IMG/VR virus record: IMGVR_UViG_3300006030_000002
Span: 1 to 61,599 of that record
Source: a virus
Lineage: Duplodnaviria > Caudoviricetes
Strand: one strand, 5' to 3'
Length of the DNA stretch: 61,599 nt
Under the pieces are notes generated by a model that was not told the origin of the DNA, did not search any database, and saw only the letters and a program-made list of their open reading frames with translations. The stretch's first letter is position 1. Each line of letters begins with the position of its first letter. Positions 46,000 through 56,600 of the stretch are shown piece by piece. A program made the position numbers and the translations under genes.

Positions 46000-46383
46000 A
46001 TGAGCGACAAACCGACAGCCGAAAAACTGGCACGGGTATACACCAAGATCCGCGACAAGCGCCGTGAATTGGCGAAGCAAGACGAAGAACTAAAAGAACA
46101 GTTGGATCTTGTGGCGAACGAACTGCTTGCAATCTGCAAAGAGCAAGGTGCATCCACCATCCGTACTCAATACGGCACTGTCTCCCGCAGGGTCAGCAAG
46201 AACTTTTGGACTTCTGACTGGGATTCTTTCTACAAATTCATCAAGGAGAATGACGCTTTCTCACTCATGCATCAGCGTATCAACAACACAAACATGTCGC
46301 AGTTTCTTGAGGAGAACCCGCACTTGCTTCCCCCCGGCTTGAATGCTGAAGTAAACCAAACCGTAACCATCATCAAACGATAA
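46000..46383 (+). CDS. conserved replication-module protein
   Basis: ATG at 46000 after AAGGAGAGTG; IRTQYGTV...DWDSFYKFI...PPGLN. Confidence 0.75.
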   Translation: MSDKPTAEKLARVYTKIRDKRRELAKQDEELKEQLDLVANELLAICKEQGASTIRTQYGTVSRRVSKNFWTSDWDSFYKFIKENDAFSLMHQRINNTNMSQFLEENPHLLPPGLNAEVNQTVTIIKR

Positions 46384-46392
46384 GGAGCAACA

Positions 46393-47271
46393 ATGAGCAA
46401 CGAACTTGCAGTGTTGGACACAGGGCTTCCTTCCTATCTCAAGGAACTGGAAATCGACGATGTAACCAAGTCGCTGATGGGTGGCGGCGGTGGGGGCATG
46501 AAGCGCATCTCCATCCGTGGCGGTGTGTGGCGCATGATGGTCAACGGCAAAGAGATTGCCAAGAACGAAGAGCGCACCATGAATGTGGTGATCGTCAACG
46601 CCGCTGCCAAAGTGTCTCGCAGCTTCTACCTCAAGCAGTACACAGAGGGTGGTGATGTCACCATACCGGATTGTTGGTCTGCTGATGGCGAAGTGCCTGA
46701 TTCCAAGTCGGCCAATCCGCAAGCCAAACGCTGCGTGGACTGCCCCCAAAACGTCAAAGGATCAGGTCAAGGCGACAGCCGCGCTTGCCGCTTTAGTCAG
46801 CGTCTGGCAGTCGTCCTCGCTAACGACGTAAAGGGAGATGTTTTCCAGTTGACGCTTCCTGCTGCGTCGATCTTTGGCGAAGGTTCCCCCGGCAAGTGGC
46901 CCCTGCAAACTTATGCCAAGATGATTGGCAGCAAAGGTATCCCCATCACGGCGGTCGTTACCGAGATGCGGTTTGACACCGACAGCGCCACGCCCAAGAT
47001 CACGTTCAAACCGTTGCGTGTTTTGGATGCGCAGGAGCATGCGGTTGCCATCGAGCAAGGCAGGACAGACACCGCGAGACGCGCCATTACGATGACGGTT
47101 GCCGAGGCAGACGGTGCGAAGGCTCCCAAACTGGCAGCACCCAAGGAAGAAAAGAAGGCTGAACCCGAGGTGCAGATCGAAGAACCAGTAAAGCGCAGCA
47201 GCAAGAAGGAAGAGCCTGTTGCGGACAAAAAAGATCTGTCCAAGGTGCTGTCTGACTGGGACGATGAGTGA
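46393..47271 (+). CDS. putative ssDNA-binding/annealing protein
   Basis: RISIRGG...PDCWS...CVDCPQN...AC; acidic C-terminus DWDDE; position before primase. Confidence 0.6.
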   Translation: MSNELAVLDTGLPSYLKELEIDDVTKSLMGGGGGGMKRISIRGGVWRMMVNGKEIAKNEERTMNVVIVNAAAKVSRSFYLKQYTEGGDVTIPDCWSADGEVPDSKSANPQAKRCVDCPQNVKGSGQGDSRACRFSQRLAVVLANDVKGDVFQLTLPAASIFGEGSPGKWPLQTYAKMIGSKGIPITAVVTEMRFDTDSATPKITFKPLRVLDAQEHAVAIEQGRTDTARRAITMTVAEADGAKAPKLAAPKEEKKAEPEVQIEEPVKRSSKKEEPVADKKDLSKVLSDWDDE

Positions 47272-47501
47272 TGGCAAAGGGATATTCCACACTCTTTATA
47301 CAAAGCGTCAAGAACGCCAATCCGAATCTCATCGGGGTTCAGTTGGCGAAGGCATGCATCAAGAACGACATTCCTGTTATTGATATCGCCAATTACTTCA
47401 AAGTCAGCCGCATGTCAGTATATGCATGGTTCCGTGGTGAACGACACGTGGCTGACAAACATCTTGACAGGATGAATAAGTTGATTGAGAAGTTGTCGTA
47501 A
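47271..47501 (+). CDS. Cro/XRE-like HTH protein
   Basis: VIDIANYFKVSRMSVYAWFRG. Confidence 0.7.
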   Translation: MAKGYSTLFIQSVKNANPNLIGVQLAKACIKNDIPVIDIANYFKVSRMSVYAWFRGERHVADKHLDRMNKLIEKLS

Positions 47502-47506
47502 CGGTT

Positions 47507-47591
47507 TGAGGGGGGCTAGGGTCGCACCCGAAAAGGATGCGCCGTCACATCCCTGCCCTACTCATCTTTTGACGGCTATTCCAAAGGCGGC
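47507..47591 (+). ncRNA. structured RNA element upstream of primase (C4/CI-antisense-like architecture)
   Basis: Two hairpins inside a closing stem; loop GCCGTCA is complementary to TGACGGC at 47570-47576. Confidence 0.5.
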
Positions 47592-47593
47592 TA

Positions 47594-50461
47594 ATGACAA
47601 CACGGGAGCAGTTTCTCTCAGCGGTGCTTCCACCCTTGTCGGAGGGTGAGCATTACTGCAACTGGGGGAATACAAAGGACAAGGTCCGGCAGCGGTTCGC
47701 AACATCTGTAGAACAACTTAGTGCGCAATCAAACGAACTACAAAGCGCTGGTTTCAATTCTTTCTTCGCCTTGGCGAAGTTTGGCCCCAAAGAGAGCGGA
47801 CGCTATGCAACCAACGCGCTTGCTCTCAAGTCTTTCTTCATCGACCTTGATTGCGGTGAAGGCAAACCGTACCCCACGTTGGATGATGGACTCGTTGCGC
47901 TCAAGAACTTCTGCAAGGCAACTGGCTTACCCAAGCCCACCATCGTTCGATCAGGGCGCGGGGCACACGTGTACTGGATTCTTGAGGAGCAGATGCTCCG
48001 TCAGGACTGGAAGCCATACGCCGAGCGCCTGAAGAACCTGTGCACCGAGCACAAGTTTGAGATTGACTACGCAGTACCGGCCGATGCAGCGCGTGTCTTG
48101 CGCATGGTGGGGTCTGATCATGTCAAAGACCCGACTAACCCGATCCCTGTAGAGATCCTGTATTTCGCGCCGCTTGTGCCCAACGAGCGGATGAAGCAGT
48201 TGTTGGAACCCACGCAGGACATTCTCTCGGCACTAGACCGCAAGGACTTCAAGCGTCCGATGGATGCCGTGACTGCGGCGTTGATGGGGGCCACCGAGTC
48301 AAAGTTTAAGACAATCCTCATCAAGTCTGTGGAGGGCAAAGGTTGCGCACAGATTGCCCACATCTACGACAACCAAGCCACTATTGAGGAGCCACTGTGG
48401 AGAGCCGGGTTGTCGATTGCGCAGCATTGTGTTGACCGGGACAAGGGCATTCACGCGATATCAAAGCAGCATCCGGAGTACAACGCTGAGACTACAGACA
48501 AGAAAGCACGAGAAACCAAAGGACCGTACACCTGCGATACGTTCAAGAAGCTGAACCCGAGTGGCTGCGAAGGGTGCAAGCAGAGGATCACTTCCCCGAT
48601 TCAGATTGGCAAGGAGATCGTCGAGGCTACCGAAGCAGACAACATCGTTACGGGTCTGCAAATCATCAACGGAGATGTGAAAGAAGAAACCGTCTACCAC
48701 ATCCCCAAGTATCCGTTTCCATTCTTCCGTGGCAAAAACGGCGGCATTTTCAGACACAACAAGGAAGGCGAGGACAAAGACGAACCGGCTGATGAGTTGA
48801 TCTATGCGTACGACTTTTACGTGGTCAAGCGCATGAAAGACCCTGACTTGGGCGAGACAATTCAACTCCGTCTGCACTTACCCCAAGATGGTGTGCGGGA
48901 CTTCATCATGTCCCTGAAGGACGCTATGTCCAAGGAGAAGTTTGTGGGCACTGTTGCCTCTCATGGCATAACGGTGCTTGGGAAGAAACAGGAAAAACTT
49001 ATGCAATACATTGCCCGATGGGTGGAAGAATTACAGATGAGAATGATTGCCGAGAACGCACACAAACAGTTTGGTTGGACAGAGAACAACGATGCCATCA
49101 TTGTCGGAGATCGAGAGATTCGGGCAGACAAGATCGGATTCAACCCTCCGGCTGCGCCCACCATGCCGCACATACCGCTATTCAAGCCAAAGGGTGACTT
49201 CCAAGTATGGAAAGATGTCATCAACATCTACGCCAACCCCGGCATGGAGCGCAAGGCGTTTGCTTTCTTCCTTGGGTTTGGCAGTCTACTGATGAAGTTC
49301 ACCGTGCTTGATGGGTTCCTTCTCAACCTCGTCAGTCGGGAATCAGGATCAGGCAAGACCACCGTTCTACAAGCCATCAACAGCATCTACGGGCGTCCCA
49401 AAGAGTTAATGCTCACCCGTAAAGACACGCTCAACGCCTGTATGCAGCGACTTGGCACTATGCAGAACCTGTGCGTGACTATGGATGAGATAACCAACAT
49501 GCCTCCCGAGCACTTGTCACAACTTGTTTATGACGTAAGTTCGGGTCGTGGCAAGAACCGCATGCGGCAGCATGAGAACGCAGAGCGCTTGAACCACGCC
49601 AAGTGGCAGACTGGTATGGTTACTTCATCCAACCGCTACATCACTGACGTACTGCTATCGCTCAAGAATTATCCTGATGGTGAGTTGAAGCGGATTCTTG
49701 AGATCCCCATGAAAGCCACCGGGGAAGAAGATGCCACGTGGTCACGCTTGCACTTTGAGCGACTGTTCCATAACTACGGGCATGCCGTGGACATACTGGC
49801 GCAGAACATGGTGACTCAACTGCCCGACATTCAGAAGGTGTTGGCAGACACGCAGTTGCGCATGGATCAGGTGGCAAAGGTAAAGAATGCCGAGCGCTTT
49901 TGGGCAGGCATGGCTTCGCTGTCAATCGCAGGAGGCACCCTTGCCAAGCACTGGGGACTGCATGACATCCCCATCAAACCCGTGTTCAACTATGCAGTCT
50001 CATTGATCGAGGAAGCCCGTGGGCGCTCTAGTGAGTACGCCTTTGATACGGATGAATTCCTTGGCGCGTTCCTGCAACGACACTTCCACGAGATTCTCGT
50101 CATCAACGGCGACAGGGATAACCGCACGGGACTGGAGCATGCCCCCATCCGTGAACCCCGTGGAGCGCTGACCATTCGGTATGAGCCTGACACCAAGATG
50201 CTGTTTATTGTGGCTCGGGCGTTCCGCGAGGACTGCGCCAAGGTGATGGCAAACTACGAGGAGACGATTGCCCCCTACCGAAAGAACGGGTCGCTACTTG
50301 GGGTCAAGAAGAAACGCATGACAACTGGCACCGTTGCCAACGCTCAAGCCCCCGTCAATGCCCTGTGTTTTGATACCAAGAAATTAGGGTTCTTCAAAGA
50401 TCCAGTACTGCTAAAGCCCGATGAAGATAATGGGGATCCCCCTCCTGATCCAGTGGAATAA
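47594..50461 (+). CDS. primase-helicase (AEP/RepB-like primase, Zn region, DUF927-type helicase)
   Basis: FIDLD, SGRGAHVYW, EPLWRAGLS, C..F...CEGC, ESGSGKTT, VTMDEIT. Confidence 0.88.
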   Translation: MTTREQFLSAVLPPLSEGEHYCNWGNTKDKVRQRFATSVEQLSAQSNELQSAGFNSFFALAKFGPKESGRYATNALALKSFFIDLDCGEGKPYPTLDDGLVALKNFCKATGLPKPTIVRSGRGAHVYWILEEQMLRQDWKPYAERLKNLCTEHKFEIDYAVPADAARVLRMVGSDHVKDPTNPIPVEILYFAPLVPNERMKQLLEPTQDILSALDRKDFKRPMDAVTAALMGATESKFKTILIKSVEGKGCAQIAHIYDNQATIEEPLWRAGLSIAQHCVDRDKGIHAISKQHPEYNAETTDKKARETKGPYTCDTFKKLNPSGCEGCKQRITSPIQIGKEIVEATEADNIVTGLQIINGDVKEETVYHIPKYPFPFFRGKNGGIFRHNKEGEDKDEPADELIYAYDFYVVKRMKDPDLGETIQLRLHLPQDGVRDFIMSLKDAMSKEKFVGTVASHGITVLGKKQEKLMQYIARWVEELQMRMIAENAHKQFGWTENNDAIIVGDREIRADKIGFNPPAAPTMPHIPLFKPKGDFQVWKDVINIYANPGMERKAFAFFLGFGSLLMKFTVLDGFLLNLVSRESGSGKTTVLQAINSIYGRPKELMLTRKDTLNACMQRLGTMQNLCVTMDEITNMPPEHLSQLVYDVSSGRGKNRMRQHENAERLNHAKWQTGMVTSSNRYITDVLLSLKNYPDGELKRILEIPMKATGEEDATWSRLHFERLFHNYGHAVDILAQNMVTQLPDIQKVLADTQLRMDQVAKVKNAERFWAGMASLSIAGGTLAKHWGLHDIPIKPVFNYAVSLIEEARGRSSEYAFDTDEFLGAFLQRHFHEILVINGDRDNRTGLEHAPIREPRGALTIRYEPDTKMLFIVARAFREDCAKVMANYEETIAPYRKNGSLLGVKKKRMTTGTVANAQAPVNALCFDTKKLGFFKDPVLLKPDEDNGDPPPDPVE

Positions 50462-50663
50462 GTTCCACCCCGGCACCTCTTTCTTCATACCATGCGTTGA
50501 GCGCCGTGCCGTGGAGAAGTACGTGCTGGCAGAGGCAAAACGGCTGAAGATACCCGTGCTTACCAAACAGGTGGTGGAGCACAACATATTGGGATTGCGA
50601 GTATGGCGGGTCGATGCTACAGTCCCTCCGCATTCTCCAATTGAGTTGATTAGCCCCGGTTAA
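50421..50663 (+). CDS. hypothetical protein
   Basis: 80 aa; GTSFFIPC...GLRVWR. Confidence 0.65.
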   Translation: MKIMGIPLLIQWNKFHPGTSFFIPCVERRAVEKYVLAEAKRLKIPVLTKQVVEHNILGLRVWRVDATVPPHSPIELISPG

Positions 50664-50680
50664 ACACCGGGGCTTTTTTT
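50652..50680 (+). terminator. rho-independent terminator where the two arms converge
   Basis: AGCCCCGGT-TAAAC-ACCGGGGCT plus T-tract. Confidence 0.85.
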
Positions 50681-53600
50681 ATTCCTCGTCTCCGAATATT
50701 TCCCTACGAAGTTCCGGTATCAGGTTTTTATTGAATCGAACCCCGTAGATAGTGTTCTTTTCTGCTGCCTTGGTGGCCCGATCAGAACGCTGAAGACTCT
50801 CTTCAGTGATGGCAAACTCCGGATGCGCATCGTTGAATTTTTGGATGCGGTCCATGGCTTCATAATACGTAGCCACACTTCCTGATTTGACTGCCATCTC
50901 AAACAACCGCAGCGCCCCTTGCCTACGTTCTTGCGTCTCTCGCTGGTATTGTCTACCCGAAGAAAGCATCTCATAACGGTTTGACAAATCTGCCGGTGCA
51001 AATCCAACCACCTGCATAGCGACGTTATAAGCGTTGATATCTTCCATGATTGGCAAGCCGTCGCGTGTTACCACACCTTCTTGCGAGTACCTCCAAGCCT
51101 TCAGCGGGTTACGCAACGCGCTTGGCAGGATGGCTTCCAAACCACGCTGTATTTCCCCATTTTTGAAGTACTTGATAGACCGTTCTGTATTGATACCAAT
51201 TGACCCAAGGGGGCCAGCAGCTTGCTGCATTGCAGAAAGAAAATACCCGTTTTCGGCTATCCCGCGCGGGTCATCACGGAAAATTATGTCGGACGCAAGT
51301 GCCGCACGGCTTGAGATCTCCGCGTTCAACAAGTAGTTGGCAAACCCCTTGTACAACCACATTGGGAGGTTTTCGCGCAAAATATCATCAAGGTTAAAGG
51401 GTTTCTCATCATCACCAAACAAACTAGCAATCATTTCTATGATTAGCGATGTAGCCCCGTAGAACGGCATTCCCTTGACACCAACAAACGCCGTTGCCAT
51501 TCCATACATAGCCACCAACTGTTTACGTGCGGCGTTTCTTACGTCAGCATCTTTGCCTGCCGCCGCTTCATAGAATGCACGTGCAATCACAAACGCGTGT
51601 TGCCAAATAATTGCTTTGAACGTCCCGAAGATACGCCCAATCGGAGTCTGAAACCACCGCGAACCCGTAACAGCCATACCCGACGTATGCGCAGTGCGGA
51701 CGGTATCTAGTGCGTACTTGATTGCCGCTTCCTTGTCTTTGGTGCGCTCATACTCAAGGTTGTAGGCAGCGATTGCCGTGGAAGCACGGTTGAACTTCTC
51801 GCTCACGGTGAACGGAATGGACACCAACTCCATTACCTTTGCGCCAAAACTGTTGAATTCACCCGTGGTTTTGCGCCGACCTTCCAGTACTTCACGGGCT
51901 ACCGTGTGCTCAAGCTGCCCGTGTTCCATCAACGCAGAATAAAGCGCAGCGTACTTGGGATTGCTTGCCCAGTCATTACCCGGAGCGGCTTCCCGCATGG
52001 CAGAGATGAGAGCACCCGGTGCCTGTAATCCAAACCGTCCCGACAGTATCGGAAACACCATCAACGGCAGCGAAGTCAGGTTGATAATGCCTGACGAGAT
52101 GTTTCCAGCCATGAACTCGTAGTAGCTCAGAGCCGTGGCACCATGAACGATCTTTCCATAAGTCGGATTGTGGAAGAAGTCTTTCTGGCGCAGGATGCTT
52201 TTCGCCACAGCCACAACCGAAGGTGACTGCTCACTGGCTTCTTGTGCAAGCTGGATGAGGGCTTGGTCAATCTGCGGCAAAAACTCCGAGTTGTTCAGTT
52301 TGCGCGTCCAACGCACCATGAGGTCGCCATAGCCTTGGATGAGATCCTTGTTCATCCCTTCGACACCACGCCGGGTCATGAACTGCTTGGCAATTGACTC
52401 CGCAGGGAACGCAGCCAAGTATGCTTGATATACGCTGTTGATGTGCTCTTGGCTGGCCCCCTTGCTCTGCAATCCGGCAATAACTTTTGAAATAAAGTGG
52501 GTAGGGGGCACACGATTAGCGCTATATGCGATGTCCTCAAGGCGTTGGAACTTGCGGTGGTCAATACCTTTCAGGTTCTGCGCAATAAATTGGTCGCGTT
52601 CGCGCACGGTATCGAACACCATGCTTACCGGAGCGTCGTTCTCCGGATTGACAAACTCAAGCCAAAAGTCACCTTTACCACGCAGGAATGGCACGTACCC
52701 CGTCAGCGGATGGTTTAACTCAAACTCGTCTTTCAGGGTTGCAGTCAGGCTCTCATTCCCTTCGGCTGCTTTTTCGAGCAACTGCCGGTACCGGTAGAAC
52801 GCTTCGTCGTACTCCTGACGAATGGTTTCATACACCTTGCGCACTTCGGGTGGCAGCTTCAGGTACTGGTCGCGCAGCAACCGGTGCTCGTCCTCCCGCT
52901 TGGCTTCAGCAGAGTTGAATACGTTTAGCTGAGTCGGAGACATGCGCTCCAAGCGCTTCGGAGAAAGCTGTTTCTTTTTGAACGGCTTGGTGATATCAAC
53001 TTCTTTTTTGCTGGCTTCTATGGAAAGCTCGTCCATCTTGCGCATTTGTGCGGGAAACTTCTGCTGCACGGCAACGGCATCGGTGTAAGTCTTGTTGACT
53101 CCACGGATATCGAGTTCCTCGCGTGCGGCTCGCTTTTCAAGCACATCCTGCAACGTGCTAATGGAAGGCAGTTCCTTGCCGTACATCTTGATGAGGTTAT
53201 CCAGCCGGAAAGCGCCAAGCGCTTCTTCAAGCAACGTGCCACTCTCGGTCAGTTTGGATATGAGATTGCGAGTGGATTCTACGGTGCGTCCAACAAGCGG
53301 GGGCATTGCGTTGCCAGCCTTGGCAACAAGCGACATGTCTCCATCCCCGAGGAACATACGCTCGCCCAAAGATGCTTCGATACCGTTGGTGATATCGATG
53401 GTGTCGTGAATGAACTTGAGGCCGGTATCGAACGCAGTTGTCCCACGCGCAAACCCAAAGAACTCCGCGATCTTGCGGAGGAAAGCCATGAACAAGCTCT
53501 CGCTCTTCGGTGTCTTGATGGTCTTGAGCAGCGCTTGGAATGATGGGTTGCTTATCAACTCAGCCGCAAACTCCTGCAAATTTGTGCCACCGTACGCACC

Positions 53601-56600
53601 GCCCATCCTGTCCTTGATGGACAAGAAGAACTTTTCAAAGTCCTTGGTCAGCGGGTGGTTGGAGTTAGCCAATACTTTGGAGACAGCAGCGTGCATAACC
53701 TCATGGATAAAGGTGTGCGCGTTCATCCCGCCCTTGGGATCGAGCATGATGGTGTCGGTAGCGGGATCGTAGGAACCGGATTTGTTTGCTGCGTATCGGA
53801 TGTCTGGGTTGGTTGGGTCGTAGGTGCCAATATTGCCGATGGCGGATTTGATTTGTTCAGGGCGGAAGGCGACTACTTCCATCTTTTTACCCGAAGCAAT
53901 AATTATTCCATCATATCCTTGAGCTTCTAATTCTCTGGAAAGAGCTTCAGCTTCAGAACGACTACGAACAACTCTTTTTTCTTCGGGCCAATAGTACGGA
54001 TTTTTTATAGCAACGAATACGGGAAGAACTTTTGCCCCGGAGTTATCTGCTGCATACGCGTTTGCAGTGCTTGGGTCCGCCGCAAAATAAATCCCACGCC
54101 CATATATCCCAAAGTCAGTATTTTCCCCCGCGCGAGCTACATCAAAAGAAACAAAATCTTTGTCGGTACCGTGATACACCCGCAACGGGTTCCCATTCTC
54201 ATCAACAACTTTGCTATCACCAAACCACGCACGGAACGCAGGATTCTCAAGCGACAACGGCCCAGTCGGGTCGCCAATCACCAGTTTTGTCTTGAGATTC
54301 AAAGAGCGCAGGCGGCGTAGCACCTGCTTGATGGCAGGATCTCTGGTGGAGTCGAGTAAGTTACGCAGAAGCCCATTAATGTCTCCGCGCTCTGCAAACG
54401 CACGCTGGGTGGCGTCAAACTCCGGCCCTTGATACTTTGGCAAGTACAGGTGCGAATCCGGGTCAAGGTAGTGCTCGCCTATAACTTCTTTAGCGGCTTT
54501 TCTCTGTTCCTTGCTTGAAAGAGGCTCTACTGGTGCTTCACTCGCAGCCGCTTCAGCTTCAAGCGCTTTAATTTCTTCGGGCGTGAGGTTTTTGCGCCTG
54601 CTCAACTGGCTGCGAAGGTCTTCAATCTTCTCTTCAACTGGTACTTCTTCCTCGACTAGTGCACCCGGCTGCGTTTCTTTTCCTCCAACAATCCGTCGAG
54701 GAGTGACTTCAGGAGCACCCACTCCACCTCGTTCAGTCGGTTCAGCGGGTACGGCAGCACCTCCGGGGGTTCCTCCAGCGACAGGAGCTTCAACGCCTGC
54801 TCCACCTGCTTCTGTGTCAATTCCTGTAACACGTTGTTCTCCTTCAGCACTGGGGAGTCTGGAAAGCAGCCGTTCAAGTTTTTCGGACGCGCCTTCAACG
54901 GTAGTGCGGTTACGGTATTCGCTTCCCTCCAAAAGTCCCTCAAGCACAGCACGAATTTGAGGAGCATGCTCGGGATTTGCCAGATCCAAACCAGCGATAC
55001 CGCCTTCCCCAATATTCTTTCCGGGGGGTTGCCGCAGAAAACTGGCGCTCGCACCAACTCCAAACACTTCCTTGGAGATCTTGCGCAGGTCATCAATCTT
55101 GGTAGAAGTGATGTCTGGATATGAATACTTGGCAGACTTGGGAACGATGGGCGTGCCGTCAGGCAGGGTTGCCTTCTTTGCAGCCTCAATGATTCCTTGT
55201 CGGGTTTCAACCGGGATGGTTACGTCACTGGTAAGCGCCTTCCGAAATTCGGGCTGTCTGAGTTCTGCAATGTTGGGTACGAGAGCATTCCAGTCTTCGT
55301 TCCACCCGATATCCCGCATTTGCTCAAGGCCCAACTCACCCTTGCGCATGCCTCGTTGTTGAAGTTGATCAAGCGGAGACTCGGCTTTCTGGAGCGTTTG
55401 CTCAATCGGACTGGGTTGTTGGGCGAGGCCAGCAAGATCCAACTCACCTTTTTTGACCAGCGGCTTGCCTTCCTCAGAGACAAACGATTCAGGCGTGTAC
55501 TCGGCAAGGCGCTCTTTAAGTGCTTGCTGATCTTTCTTGAACTGCGCTTCTTGCTTCTTAAATTCTTGCGGCGTAATTGCGCCAAACTGCTGAACAGGGC
55601 TGTATGGGCCAGTTGTTTCACCAACACCGTAGGCTTCTTGCTCTGCTTCTGTAGTGGGGCGTTGCGCGGCTTCGATCTGGGCGCTGGCAGCTTCCGCTTC
55701 CTGTTCAATACGTGCAGCTTCTTGCCGCAGTTGTTCTGCTTCTTGCGCCCTTCCTTCGGCTTCAGCCTTTGCTGCTTCTTGACGTTTCTGCTCGGCGCTC
55801 TCGCGCAGTTTTTCTACGCTTCTACCCGCCGTGCTGAACGCGCCACCTGCAACTGCGCCAGCAACGGCGCTCTCCATGATGCGGTTCCATTCCTTGCTAC
55901 CAAACACCAACGGGTTATCGCCTACAAACTTTTCGGCAGCAATGCTGATGGCTTCCTGTGCACCTTCCGTAAGGCCTTCGGTAGTAGCACCTTTTACAAA
56001 TGCGGTGGTGAGCGGACGCACCAAGCCCTTGTCCATGCCGGATTTCTCCAGCACTTTGCCGACAATCGCAGCCCGCATTGGGCCGCTAACCTGTTTTGAA
56101 AGTTGGGCAGGGAGAATGGAATCAAGTGCGGCCGACCCCAAAGAAAAAAGTGCAGCCGCTCCGGGCGCTAACTCGCCCCCTGTTTCTTCATAGATGTTCT
56201 GAAATATTTCAGGAGCATTGAGCGCATAAGACCCAAGGTACGTTCCTGCTAACTGCCCACGAGCAACTGCTGTCCCAACTTCTGGAGACGTAGTAATAGC
56301 AGTCCGCAACCCTTGTTTGACGTATTGCTCTGCGGCTTCTTTGGCCAACCCTTTTTCTGCTGCTTCAGCAGCAAGCCTACGAGTGATGGGCGCTACGGCA
56401 GCCCGACCGGCGAGAGAGCCAACGCCAACACCGGGAATAACAGCAGCGGCGATATTGGCACCCTGCTCACTGATCTTTTCAGTCGCATACTTTGCAAAGT
56501 CGCCAAGCCCCTCAATTTCTTTGTAGGAGCGGAACAGTGTGGGGTATTTCTGTTCGCGGGCGGCTTCTTTCTCCGCGTACTCCTGCATCTGTTCTTTGGC

